A stretch of 64,000 bases of DNA from the IMG/VR virus record IMGVR_UViG_3300045988_052780; one strand, given 5' to 3'. The position numbers and the translations under genes are program-made. The notes beneath the pieces are model-generated. The model was given only the letters and a program-made list of their open reading frames with translations. It did not search any database and had not been told where the DNA came from. The stretch is from a virus. This document shows, one piece after another, positions 40,433-50,183 of this stretch. Position 1 is the stretch's first letter. Every line of letters begins with the position of its first letter.

Positions 40433-40851
40433 TAATAAAATGTTACTTCTTTAGAACCAAATTCATCTAATTCTTTAATTGTTTCATCTTGTACTATATC
40501 ATCTATAGGTTCTGGAGCATTTCTAGACCATATAGACTGTAGGTATTTGGGGTCTTTAAGATACCAAAGTCCACAAGGAGCAGTGTGGGGAAATTCCTTC
40601 CTCTTCTCCTCAACATCAGTATAAACCCTTTTATATACTTCCATTATGTCCCATTCTGAGTTGGTACTACCTTTCACAGTCATATCTGGAGCATAACTAG
40701 AAATATCCATATAACCATTATCAGCTGCAAATATGGTGGTAACTTTATCAACAATCTTATCACAAAAGATCCTAACGTCAGTAAGTACTACATACAGTCC
40801 ACCATTCCTTAGCTTAACAACCATTGTATTCTCTAGATCATTCAGAGTCAT
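40432..40851 (-). CDS. hypothetical protein
   Basis: Tiled ORF. Confidence 0.4.
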   Translation of the reverse strand: MTLNDLENTMVVKLRNGGLYVVLTDVRIFCDKIVDKVTTIFAADNGYMDISSYAPDMTVKGSTNSEWDIMEVYKRVYTDVEEKRKEFPHTAPCGLWYLKDPKYLQSIWSRNAPEPIDDIVQDETIKELDEFGSKEVTFY

Positions 40852-41323
40852 CGTCCCAATTCAAATAAGGATTAGATGCAAGGTTATAGTTATAATACCT
40901 TGTATCTTCTGTGACTTCGTCTCCAACAAAATCAGGCAATTCTGGATTCAAAGTTGCCTGAGTTAATTCACACTCAGCAATTGTCAATCCTTCATTGTCT
41001 CCCAAGAACTCATCAATTTCCCATTTGTTACCTTTATGGTAAACTATATAACGTACTTTACGTATAACGTTCGGGCAAAGTTTTAACAATTCTAATGCCT
41101 CATACTTTGGAATTTCCTGCCGCCATTCAAACCTACTAAGAGTTCCCTTAGCTTTTATAAATAGCCAGCCTTTATTCTCCCTAATAGCTATTCTAGTCTC
41201 AGATAGAGGATTATCTCCAAGATATCCTTGAATTATTAATCCTGCTTTCTGAGCCTGTACTTTATAGCTATTATTCTTTACTAAATACTTTCTTTCAATT
41301 TCTGTCATAATTAATGTACCCAA
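40838..41323 (-). CDS. CYTH-domain (triphosphate tunnel metalloenzyme) protein
   Basis: N-terminal ExExK motif (EIERKYLV) is followed by a beta-rich region typical of CyaB/ThTPase-like proteins. Confidence 0.7.
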   Translation of the reverse strand: MGTLIMTEIERKYLVKNNSYKVQAQKAGLIIQGYLGDNPLSETRIAIRENKGWLFIKAKGTLSRFEWRQEIPKYEALELLKLCPNVIRKVRYIVYHKGNKWEIDEFLGDNEGLTIAECELTQATLNPELPDFVGDEVTEDTRYYNYNLASNPYLNWDDDSE

Positions 41324-43452
41324 TAGTCTTCAATAGATATATCTGCACCCAAATGTGCTCTAGTACAGAATGGCTCACCTCCACTTTCCATACACTTCAC
41401 AAGTATCTTGCCTACCTCTTCAGCAATATTTTCAGGTGCTTCGACATTGTGCTCGTCATGAACAGGTACACAGTATCTAACTGTGAATAACAAATTGTTC
41501 TTCCTTAGCCAATTAAAGAATTTAATGGCAGATAATTTGAAACACATAGAACCAGCATGTTGAATAGGATAATTTATTGACTGTTTCATTGAATCAGATA
41601 ACCTTCTCCTCAAATGCTGAGAGCTTGTTTTGTAATAATTATCACCGTTAGATCCTAACATATATTTAGCTTCTGGAGAACCCAATTCGCTGTCTATCTT
41701 ACAAAGATTATCCCAATCATATATGAATGCTTTATGTTTAGTAATAGGATTAAGAAGGATATATCCCTTATCTAGAACGTCTTCCCTCCTAAATTCCTGA
41801 TATTTCTTTAATCCAGAGAAACCAGACATATAATTATCATATACTTCTTGAGCCCTTCTCTTAGTAAGACCATAGTTCTTCATTAAAGTGTTCCAATCTC
41901 CTCCATAGTTGAAACAGAACTCATACCCTTTAGCAGCATCTCTAAGAGGTTTATATTTAGCCTTAACTTCAGATAATGGAGTATCATCAGGAATATCAGT
42001 GAATACTATTCTAGCAGTTAGACTATGTAAATCTCCACTTCCATTTACTAATTCGTCCAACATGGCCACATCATTAGCAATAGACGCCATTAAGAAGGAT
42101 TCCTGTCCTTTATAATCACAACTGATCCATTTATATCCAGAATCTGCTATAAAACAACTTCTAGTAAATGGATCATGTGGAAGATTCATTAGGGACGGGT
42201 TGGTTGCAGACAATCGACCAGTATCGGCTCCTAATTGGAAATAATCTGGATGAATACGTCCACTAACTGGATTAATCTTATCTATAAACTTCTGCCCAAA
42301 AGTATCAACAAGTATTTTAGCCTTCTTATACTCTACATATAATGGAACTATAGTACACTTATTGGCTTGTGGCTTAATAAGCTTTATATCAACAGATTTC
42401 TTCTTAACTTTAGTCTTTGGGTCTATAGTAGTACAGTTAAGACCTAGATGTTCAAATAAAGGCACTACTTGTTGGCTACTAGACCAGTTTACATTACATT
42501 TAGCACAAGTATCAAATCCAGAGAACAAATCTCCCTGTAGATTACGTGTTACATATGGAAATGCTTTATCATACTCATAATGAATAAGTCCAGTTTGAGG
42601 ATTCTGAACTCTCTTTACATTACTCATATTATTGTTTAGGGAATCAAATAGTTTAAACTCTTCCATAATGGGAACTTCTTCGGTAGATACTCTAATATAT
42701 CCCTCAGTAGAAGATTTATGTTCTTCATAATAATCCTCTACCCACTTATTAAGAGCAGCTTCTGCTTTATTAACTTCTTCTTTATCCCTCGACATCTTTT
42801 GCTTCCATTTGATTGGATCAAGTTTAGCTCCACAATATTCCATATAAGCAATTACTGGAGTAAACTTCATTTCAAATTCAGCAGCCTTAGTTAATTCTTT
42901 CTTCTCTAGCTCTGCATCTTGCTTCTCTTTAATCTTAGTAAGATACATAACATCACCAGCAGCATATTGTACTACTGGTATTGTTAAACCTTGTGTGATA
43001 ATTTGTCCTCGAACTGTTTTATCAATATCTATACCAAGATAGAAGTCAGCGGCAGCTTTTAAAGCAAGACTATGAAACTGAGGAGGATACCCTAGATAGA
43101 GTATCTTCTCAGCAATCATTCCATCCCATACATTATAAGGAACTATTCTATGATGATATAGAAACCTTAAATCAAACGCAATATTCCAACCTAGAAATGT
43201 TTTAGTAGGATCTTCAAGCACACATCTAAGCTTTTCAATTGGAATGGTTACATTATCAATAACTATCTGATCCTCTCCTAAACCATATTGAGTACATAAT
43301 AGAGGTTTTGTATATGGATCAAGACCAGCAGTTTCACTATCATATTCTATCCAACTATGAGGCATTATCATGTCTATAGCGTCAGACAGAGACAGTTCTT
43401 TATAAGCATCAGTTTCAAATAGTGATTTCTGATTACTTACTAGATATATCAT
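41311..43452 (-). CDS. family A DNA polymerase with 3'-5' exonuclease domain
   Basis: Exo I motif is YDSETAGLD. Pol motif A is DYKGQESFLMA. Motif B-like is RDAAKGYEFCFNYGG. Motif C is VPVHDEHNV. Confidence 0.9.
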   Translation of the reverse strand: MIYLVSNQKSLFETDAYKELSLSDAIDMIMPHSWIEYDSETAGLDPYTKPLLCTQYGLGEDQIVIDNVTIPIEKLRCVLEDPTKTFLGWNIAFDLRFLYHHRIVPYNVWDGMIAEKILYLGYPPQFHSLALKAAADFYLGIDIDKTVRGQIITQGLTIPVVQYAAGDVMYLTKIKEKQDAELEKKELTKAAEFEMKFTPVIAYMEYCGAKLDPIKWKQKMSRDKEEVNKAEAALNKWVEDYYEEHKSSTEGYIRVSTEEVPIMEEFKLFDSLNNNMSNVKRVQNPQTGLIHYEYDKAFPYVTRNLQGDLFSGFDTCAKCNVNWSSSQQVVPLFEHLGLNCTTIDPKTKVKKKSVDIKLIKPQANKCTIVPLYVEYKKAKILVDTFGQKFIDKINPVSGRIHPDYFQLGADTGRLSATNPSLMNLPHDPFTRSCFIADSGYKWISCDYKGQESFLMASIANDVAMLDELVNGSGDLHSLTARIVFTDIPDDTPLSEVKAKYKPLRDAAKGYEFCFNYGGDWNTLMKNYGLTKRRAQEVYDNYMSGFSGLKKYQEFRREDVLDKGYILLNPITKHKAFIYDWDNLCKIDSELGSPEAKYMLGSNGDNYYKTSSQHLRRRLSDSMKQSINYPIQHAGSMCFKLSAIKFFNWLRKNNLLFTVRYCVPVHDEHNVEAPENIAEEVGKILVKCMESGGEPFCTRAHLGADISIEDYWVH

Positions 43453-43673
43453 GAAACCTCTATGTCAATATTACTAATATCAACATCTCCTAAACTACTA
43501 AGTGCGGCTTGTATTCTACTCTTAATAGCTTCTACAGCTTCATCTACATCTAGATGTCCATAATATTCATACCATGCTAATCCTTTAGCGTTAATATCAA
43601 TCTTAAAGACTTTCTCTTCTACATTATATGGAGCAAATGGATCCACGTCTGCCCCTAAAGGTAAATTACTCAT
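43449..43673 (-). CDS. hypothetical protein
   Basis: Tiled ORF that overlaps the polymerase start. Confidence 0.35.
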   Translation of the reverse strand: MSNLPLGADVDPFAPYNVEEKVFKIDINAKGLAWYEYYGHLDVDEAVEAIKSRIQAALSSLGDVDISNIDIEVS

Positions 43674-43731
43674 TAATTAATGATTATAAATTAATAATAA
43701 GTAATCTATTAACAGATCTCGTTACCGAGTC

Positions 43732-44355
43732 TTAATTTCCGGTATCAAAGTATAATAATGTGGGATTATCCTTTTGAATATCAATAGAATCTAAGTTCCT
43801 AATAGCAAGCTGTTGAGCAAACTGATTAGTATCAAATCCTATTGTTATAAGATGGTATCCGTGGACTGTAGGAATAATATGCTTTACTTTTACGTCTTGA
43901 GAACCTCTACAATTATTAACTATGTTAATAATATTGTTAAGATAATTTTCATTCTTACTGTCAACATCAACAATCCAAAGAGGTTTATAACCTCTAGCTC
44001 TAGTATGTCCACATGAAGAATCCCAAATCCTATATCCTTGATAACAATTGCCTTCCTGAATTAATTTAGCATATTCTTGAATTGCAGTACAAGCAACTTG
44101 CTCAGCATTACGCTTATTCAAAGTTATATATGCTCTTGCATGATTACTCTGACATAATTCTGTAATCTTTGCTCTTTTACGTTCTAGCTGCTCTTTACTA
44201 AATATATAGTAAGTTTTAATGGTTCTATAGCCATTATTACCTGTGTCAGTTACACAACCGTCCTTCTTACGCTGGATAATTTGTAAGAAGTAGAATTCAT
44301 TAGGGTCATTAAACTCTAATATATCTAATATCTGATCAAAATTATCTACTATCAT
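43732..44355 (-). CDS. hypothetical protein
   Basis: 207 aa with no motif. Confidence 0.4.
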   Translation of the reverse strand: MIVDNFDQILDILEFNDPNEFYFLQIIQRKKDGCVTDTGNNGYRTIKTYYIFSKEQLERKRAKITELCQSNHARAYITLNKRNAEQVACTAIQEYAKLIQEGNCYQGYRIWDSSCGHTRARGYKPLWIVDVDSKNENYLNNIINIVNNCRGSQDVKVKHIIPTVHGYHLITIGFDTNQFAQQLAIRNLDSIDIQKDNPTLLYFDTGN

Positions 44356-44687
44356 CCTCTTGTTATTTTAAGTTTAGGTGTCCATACTTCTCCTAATGCT
44401 CCTTTGTTACATCCTAGACCTATCCACTTAATAGTTGGAAAGAAGTCAAATAAATAAGAGAATACACTAGCATTTACATTAGGAATTTCAAAATCATTCC
44501 AGTACAGCATTATATACTCATCCTCTATATAATAACCTCTGACTGTGTGTACAAACGGGTAACCAATCTCACTAAACCATTTAGCATGTGAGCAATCCAT
44601 ATGCTTACTAGTTGGAAACTTAACTAGTAGTGTGTCAGACTCCAAATAAAATGGTTTACGCTTCTTGTGAAATTCTTCTTCGCTCAT
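44352..44687 (-). CDS. hypothetical protein
   Basis: Tiled ORF. Confidence 0.4.
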   Translation of the reverse strand: MSEEEFHKKRKPFYLESDTLLVKFPTSKHMDCSHAKWFSEIGYPFVHTVRGYYIEDEYIMLYWNDFEIPNVNASVFSYLFDFFPTIKWIGLGCNKGALGEVWTPKLKITRG

Positions 44688-44871
44688 TATTATACTTATT
44701 TACTTCAATTAGTCTATCTGTAGTTACAAGGAGCAATCCAATACTAAATGCCCATAAAGGAGCAGCTGGAACTATAAATAGAGTTATGAACCCAAGTACA
44801 GCTCCTAGTATTAGCCAAGGAACTCCCCATATAAATAGATTTAGTATGCTATTATTGTCAAAATCCGTCAT
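44656..44871 (-). CDS. small membrane protein
   Basis: Two hydrophobic helices: LFIWGVPWLILGAVLGFITLFIV and LWAFSIGLLLV. Confidence 0.35.
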   Translation of the reverse strand: MTDFDNNSILNLFIWGVPWLILGAVLGFITLFIVPAAPLWAFSIGLLLVTTDRLIEVNKYNNERRRISQEA

Positions 44872-45050
44872 ATTTCTTGTTTCATATCAGTCACTTGGAA
44901 TTACATCTAAATTTGTTAAATAGAATCCGTTATCATCTAGGTCTCTCTGTACGAAGTATCCGTTAACATCTACAGTCTCTCCCTTGAGAGTATGTATCAT
45001 AACTTCCCTGTCTCGATCATACCTTTGGAGAATTTCAATCAATTGACCTA

Positions 45051-45425
45051 CTAGTAATGCCATTTGTCATAATATAAAGAGAACCTGTATAATCTGTTTG
45101 CAGCCTCAACTGGAGTATGACCATCCCATTCATCAGCTTTCCATCTTTCAGGAACATTGAACAGGTTCCATTCTTCCGCCCTATAATGATTGCTCACTTG
45201 ACCCGTAGGAAGGTTAGCCATAACAATAAACCATCCTCCTCCAAAGCATAGTTCTCCATCTGCATGTCTGTAGGATTTATGGACTTCATATTTACCTTCC
45301 AAGCTGTTAAAGAATGCTGCATTGTACAGCATTCTGTAGTGATATAACTCATCAAAGGTATGAAATCCGTCTGAAACCTCACCTTCAGGTAGGAACAAGT
45401 TCTTTAGTCTTTGTAATAGTCTCAT
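45051..45425 (-). CDS. hypothetical protein
   Basis: Tiled ORF. Confidence 0.4.
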   Translation of the reverse strand: MRLLQRLKNLFLPEGEVSDGFHTFDELYHYRMLYNAAFFNSLEGKYEVHKSYRHADGELCFGGGWFIVMANLPTGQVSNHYRAEEWNLFNVPERWKADEWDGHTPVEAANRLYRFSLYYDKWHY

Positions 45426-46351
45426 TAGAATTTACCCTCATTAGGTTGTAAACAAATCAGACCTTCATTACGCCACATTTCCACACATTTGCAATTGTCT
45501 TCAAGTACGAATGGAATATAGTACTTACCTTTGATATTGTCTTCATAGAACTTCTTCTTACATATAGGACCAGCTACGAAGCTATTAGCGGGACGCATAA
45601 GAATCATATCTGGATGTAGGAAGTTATTCTCCAACCACTGTTCTGTAGCTTTACGAACTTCTGGGGTATCTTCCCTACCAGTTAGTATTATTAACTTGGC
45701 AGGATAATTATCACAGAAGTTTCTAATAAGTTCAAGAATAGGAGTAATAGGCTCATCAGTAAGCATACCTTCAGCTGCACCTTCTCCATAGAACGGACGA
45801 CCACTAGTATTCAGACACACAGTTGCATCCATATCTACTATAATTGCTGCTGGTAGGTTAGTGTCTTGAACTAATGCTTTAGCCTTAGCAGCCATAATTT
45901 CCTCATGAATTATGAAGTCTCTATAGCGTCTCCAAGTCTGTCTAATAACTTTCTCACCTATAGGATGTTCTCTTTTAGCATCACGACGAACACACTCATC
46001 TACGGGAGTCCAGAAATCTTTGTATTCAATCTCATACTTCCAATCGTAGGTATAATTCTCGTTAAAGTCCTTAACCATCTTCTCTAACTCTGCACAAGTC
46101 TTAGGATTAAGGTTCATATTATCAACTATGATGTTATAACCTTTCTCCATACTATAAGCTAGTACAGTGTTATAAGTTGCAGTGACAACATCCTCTCTAC
46201 TAGGAACCCAATAGTCTCCCAGCATGTTACGAATATCGTCATTGTTAAATCTTACTCTGTGCTCCGGGTCTTCATGACACCACTGCTTAGCAAAACTAGT
46301 TTTGCCACTTCCCTGAATTCCTCTACAGATTACTAATACTCTAGTTTCCAT
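45425..46351 (-). CDS. pnk: polynucleotide 5'-kinase/3'-phosphatase (T4 PseT-like)
   Basis: P-loop GIQGSGKTSF aligns to T4 GCPGSGKST. HAD motif AIIVDMDATV aligns to T4 AVIFDVDGTL. C-terminal VEMWRNEGLICLQ aligns to T4 VEMWRRIGVECWQ. Confidence 0.85.
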   Translation of the reverse strand: METRVLVICRGIQGSGKTSFAKQWCHEDPEHRVRFNNDDIRNMLGDYWVPSREDVVTATYNTVLAYSMEKGYNIIVDNMNLNPKTCAELEKMVKDFNENYTYDWKYEIEYKDFWTPVDECVRRDAKREHPIGEKVIRQTWRRYRDFIIHEEIMAAKAKALVQDTNLPAAIIVDMDATVCLNTSGRPFYGEGAAEGMLTDEPITPILELIRNFCDNYPAKLIILTGREDTPEVRKATEQWLENNFLHPDMILMRPANSFVAGPICKKKFYEDNIKGKYYIPFVLEDNCKCVEMWRNEGLICLQPNEGKF

Positions 46352-46749
46352 TAATCAATATTACATAAAACATCACTAAATCCGCTATAATCTAAGTCAG
46401 CTAAAATGTCTCGTATAAACGATATGTAATCTCTAGTACTTTGTAAATCCCGTATATATTCCTTAGTGGATATCATCTCCTCTATAAGTTCCGAATTGCC
46501 ATGACAGAATTTCTCGTACTCTACTCGCCTCGCTTCTGCTTTAGCAATGTCATCATCAAGGTCTCGAATTACTGATTCAACATCACTAACAGTGAGTTTA
46601 GTATACTTCTCTTCATTACCAGCATATGCTATACTAAGATTATCAAAGAATCTTTGATACACCTCATTAGACCTACTGAATGATTGAAGTAGTAGCCTCT
46701 CCTCTGGATGTGCTTTAGGCACTAAATAAAATGATAAATAACTACTCAT
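46351..46749 (-). CDS. hypothetical protein
   Basis: Tiled ORF. Confidence 0.4.
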   Translation of the reverse strand: MSSYLSFYLVPKAHPEERLLLQSFSRSNEVYQRFFDNLSIAYAGNEEKYTKLTVSDVESVIRDLDDDIAKAEARRVEYEKFCHGNSELIEEMISTKEYIRDLQSTRDYISFIRDILADLDYSGFSDVLCNID

Positions 46750-47540
46750 TTCTCGTTAGTTGGCTTAAGCCACAAGCTAGTTTTAGTAAAGATATAATCT
46801 CTCAGTTCAGTAAGTTCAGATAACCATCCCAATGCTAAAGATGAGTTACATTTAAAGCATTTTGTTAGTTCTTCCCTTATCCTCTCCTCTGATACTACTG
46901 GCATTTTATTGAAATAATCATAAGACTTCATAACTTGCCACATATCTTGAGATACTAGCAACCTTTTAGTAATAGAGAATCTTATACCTCTAAGTATTCT
47001 TAGTGGGTCATCATCGAATGTTGTTATTGGGTCTAATGGGGTTACCAGCAGCCTCCTTGCTAAATGAGTCTTGCCATTAAAGTAGTCTATAATCTCTCCA
47101 GTATCAGGGTCTTTAGCCATAGCGTTGACAGTAAAATCTCTACGAGATAAATCATCATATAGATTACCTGGTTCTACAATGGGAATCCTAGTGCCTGGGA
47201 CATATCCTACTTCCTTCCTTGCCATCACAAAGTCTGCTACACCTTGATACTTATATCCTTCTGGGAATTTAGCACGTATAGTGTAACATTCTGGAGTTAC
47301 TAAGAAGATTTCGAACTTCTGTTCTTCCAAGTAGCTTTTTAATGCTTTAAACATTAGTTGAGCTGGACTAAGCTGAGCTTCACATGGGTGAATTTTACTA
47401 TAGACTGCCTTTGTAGGCACAGCTACATAATCAACATCCTTATTAGTAAGACCTAATAGCTCATCGCGTATCTTACCACCAACTTCGTAGAATTTAAAAT
47501 CTTCCATTTTAATAAAAATATTATTCTTCCATTTTATCAA
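46746..47540 (-). CDS. minimal polymerase-beta-type nucleotidyltransferase of the CCA-adding/poly(A) polymerase family (head domain only)
   Basis: GGKIRDELLG ... DVDYV matches the GGxVRDxLLG...DxD head-domain signature. The protein is only 264 aa and appears to lack the body and tail domains. Confidence 0.65.
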   Translation of the reverse strand: MIKWKNNIFIKMEDFKFYEVGGKIRDELLGLTNKDVDYVAVPTKAVYSKIHPCEAQLSPAQLMFKALKSYLEEQKFEIFLVTPECYTIRAKFPEGYKYQGVADFVMARKEVGYVPGTRIPIVEPGNLYDDLSRRDFTVNAMAKDPDTGEIIDYFNGKTHLARRLLVTPLDPITTFDDDPLRILRGIRFSITKRLLVSQDMWQVMKSYDYFNKMPVVSEERIREELTKCFKCNSSLALGWLSELTELRDYIFTKTSLWLKPTNEK

Positions 47541-47559
47541 ATGACTGTATTAACCCTTC

Positions 47560-47946
47560 TTACCAGTCATAGACGCATCCTATTATTCTGTTCTTCTTAA
47601 CGAATCCATACAATTGATCAATGGCTTCCTCATATGTTATGCCTGGAAAGAGTGGGCAGCATAGATTTTGGCCTTCCTCAAAGTTCTCAGGGACAGTATA
47701 GTCCATATAATTAACCTTAGAATATCGTTCAAAGTATTCATAGCTATCCAGATAGGGAGGAAGACTTACATAGCCATCAGTAGGCAATAAGTTATATGTG
47801 TCTAGAATTTCTAACGCCTGTTCTTTAGTAATAATTCCTGCATCAGCTTCCTCAAACAGTTTATCAGCTATTTCGCCTTTAAGCTGTCCTACTTCTGCTA
47901 GCTTACGGGTTAATAAACTTAGCTTACTAGATACTTCTTCCGTCAT
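47560..47946 (-). CDS. hypothetical protein (start trimmed to an internal Met to limit overlap)
   Basis: The ORF track start at 48018 would overlap the upstream gene by 92 nt. An in-frame Met at codon 25 gives a 20 nt overlap. Confidence 0.35.
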   Translation of the reverse strand: MTEEVSSKLSLLTRKLAEVGQLKGEIADKLFEEADAGIITKEQALEILDTYNLLPTDGYVSLPPYLDSYEYFERYSKVNYMDYTVPENFEEGQNLCCPLFPGITYEEAIDQLYGFVKKNRIIGCVYDW

Positions 47947-48244
47947 ATATAAGTGGATATTTGTTAAACTCCTCATCAGTACCTTCAAATGGAGTGATAT
48001 TATAGTTATAATATTCATCCCAATCTATGCTATTTAGTACTTTAAGGACATCTTCGTCTGTCATATACTCGTAATCATATCCTTCTGCTGTTACTATAAA
48101 TTCATCGTCAACTATGCTGACGGCTAATTCGTAAGCATAATCATCAGCGGCTTTAGACATGTTATCATCATACATAGAAGGTGCATAAGCGACCACAAAT
48201 TCATTCTTGCAGTCGTTTATGCACTCAATTAAATATCTATTCAT
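47927..48244 (-). CDS. hypothetical acidic protein
   Basis: Tiled ORF. Confidence 0.35.
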   Translation of the reverse strand: MNRYLIECINDCKNEFVVAYAPSMYDDNMSKAADDYAYELAVSIVDDEFIVTAEGYDYEYMTDEDVLKVLNSIDWDEYYNYNITPFEGTDEEFNKYPLIYDGRSI

Positions 48245-49632
48245 TACTGGTCTGCTTCTATATCAATTTCTCCTTTATCTAATGACTTAGACTCCTCTCC
48301 TAAGAATCTAAAGCATTTAAGTTTGTAAGCTTCAGATAAACCATTCTCAATGCGAATCACTATACCTTCATGTGGTACATCATTGTGACATGTAGGTGAA
48401 AGTTCTTCCATGTAGAACCTTTTATCATTAGCTAGCTTTTGGATAAAATTCTCATTCCAATGCTCAGTCTCATCAAGCTCCGGATATAAATCCTTAGCAT
48501 ATCCGTAATATAACTGTTCTACCGGAGTAAGTCCTTTATCTTTACACCACCGTTGTACTTGTCTAGCAGAGAATTCAAATACCACACCATCTGGATTTGT
48601 ATAAGTAATACGGTAAATTTGGATACCGAAATTCTTACCATATTCATACGGTGTAGTCTGAGTAGTAGGATCCCATATAGGTCTCTCATAACCATAGTCA
48701 TAAGCTTTACCATTCATTGCTTGAATAGCCTGACCTGTAGGCAGCCATCCTATGATTTCATAATAAAGAGTAAGTCCTTTAGTAAGATACGGAGACAATT
48801 TAGAATGAGCTTCACCCCAAATATCACAACCATAATATCCTGCACTTGCTTCTTTATTGTAATACTGATTTTTAACTACCTTTCTAGAAGACCATAAGTA
48901 GTCATACTTAGTGTCTGGAACATCTGTGAACCAGCTAGCCACCTTGTCTTTCCATCTTAATGGTCTTTTACATAGTACATCGGCAGAAATACCTGATGTT
49001 CCATGTACTTTGGAAGTAATACTAATAATATCATTAGGTTTAATAACCCAAGGACATTTCTTAATGAGAACAGTATCATAATGAAATCTAAACTGATTCT
49101 CTACTAATTTACTAATGCCTTTAGGCTGCTTAGCTTGCCTAGAAGAATTTCCAGAAGTTTTAGGAGGATTCACTACATACTTCTTACAAAGTATATGTTT
49201 ATCCAAACTATCAAATTCTGTTCCTTCTTTCAAATTGGTAACTACTTCATGAGATTCTCCTATAAAATCCAGCCATTTATATAACGAATCTATAGGCATT
49301 ATAAATCCCTCTGAAGGAACTCCCTGCAACTTAATAGGCTTTACCCTACCATTATCCTCAAAGAAACCTGGAGAAGCTTCCTTGTTAGCATTGAATTCAT
49401 TGTGTCTAAATAGATTATTAGCTGCCAAATATTTATTAGCAATCTGACATCCTACAGGGAAATATATATATTGCCCTGGTTGAGTATCCTTAGATACGGA
49501 TATCATATAACCATCTACATGAACACATTTCATCCTTTCACATTTAGGATTAGGGTGTGGTGTGAAATCTTTTACTTGAATTATCTTAGCTGCATAATTA
49601 ACATTAAACTTAGAAGATTGATTTATACGCAT
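48244..49632 (-). CDS. ATP-dependent RNA ligase-like nucleotidyltransferase (Rnl2-type motif I) with a 200 aa N-terminal extension
   Basis: Motif I KVHGTSG resembles T4 Rnl2 KIHGTN. Motif IV is HEGIVIRI and motif V is YKLKC. The gene lies next to pnk. Confidence 0.6.
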   Translation of the reverse strand: MRINQSSKFNVNYAAKIIQVKDFTPHPNPKCERMKCVHVDGYMISVSKDTQPGQYIYFPVGCQIANKYLAANNLFRHNEFNANKEASPGFFEDNGRVKPIKLQGVPSEGFIMPIDSLYKWLDFIGESHEVVTNLKEGTEFDSLDKHILCKKYVVNPPKTSGNSSRQAKQPKGISKLVENQFRFHYDTVLIKKCPWVIKPNDIISITSKVHGTSGISADVLCKRPLRWKDKVASWFTDVPDTKYDYLWSSRKVVKNQYYNKEASAGYYGCDIWGEAHSKLSPYLTKGLTLYYEIIGWLPTGQAIQAMNGKAYDYGYERPIWDPTTQTTPYEYGKNFGIQIYRITYTNPDGVVFEFSARQVQRWCKDKGLTPVEQLYYGYAKDLYPELDETEHWNENFIQKLANDKRFYMEELSPTCHNDVPHEGIVIRIENGLSEAYKLKCFRFLGEESKSLDKGEIDIEADQ

Positions 49633-49667
49633 GTATTACGGATAATTTCCGTCTGTAAATAGATAAT

Positions 49668-49868
49668 CTATACAAGTGTCCAATCAGTACGCTCTACAGC
49701 ATCAGGGAACCACTTAGTTACCTTGTAATACTGATTAGAGTTAGGCTTTGGATAACATACTATACTGCCCTTAAGCATAGTATACCTTCTACCAGAAGGA
49801 TTAGTAACTGTCTCGCCTATATGCATCATAGATAATGCTTCTCCAAAGTCAAATACTTGTTTCTCCAT
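49668..49868 (-). CDS. hypothetical protein
   Basis: Tiled ORF. Confidence 0.35.
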   Translation of the reverse strand: MEKQVFDFGEALSMMHIGETVTNPSGRRYTMLKGSIVCYPKPNSNQYYKVTKWFPDAVERTDWTLV

Positions 49869-49880
49869 AATCTTAAAAAT

Positions 49881-50183
49881 TTATTTGGTTTTACAATTAG
49901 CTTCTAAATAATCATAGAGTTCATCTATGTTCTTTAGAATCTCATTACCTTGCTCGTCTGTAGCAACTATATGTGGATTTTCTGATTTCTCATACACCCA
50001 CCATTGAATCCAGTCCATACCTTCTTCGTTATAATACTCAGACAGAAGTAACATTGCTAAATCCTCAGCATTGGTTACTAGTGGACTTTCCATTATATCA
50101 ATGCCCATATTGTAAAGCTTTCTCATTTGCTCTACAATATTAGTAAGAGAGTGAATTGCATGTAGGAATGTAGTCTTTACCAT
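49881..50183 (-). CDS. hypothetical protein
   Basis: Tiled ORF. Confidence 0.35.
   Translation of the reverse strand: MVKTTFLHAIHSLTNIVEQMRKLYNMGIDIMESPLVTNAEDLAMLLLSEYYNEEGMDWIQWWVYEKSENPHIVATDEQGNEILKNIDELYDYLEANCKTK

Noticed and set aside
47947-48018. First 24 codons of ORF 47560..48018
   Set aside because: They would overlap the upstream gene by 92 nt. An internal Met (MTEEV...) gives a conventional short overlap. The start was trimmed, with low confidence.
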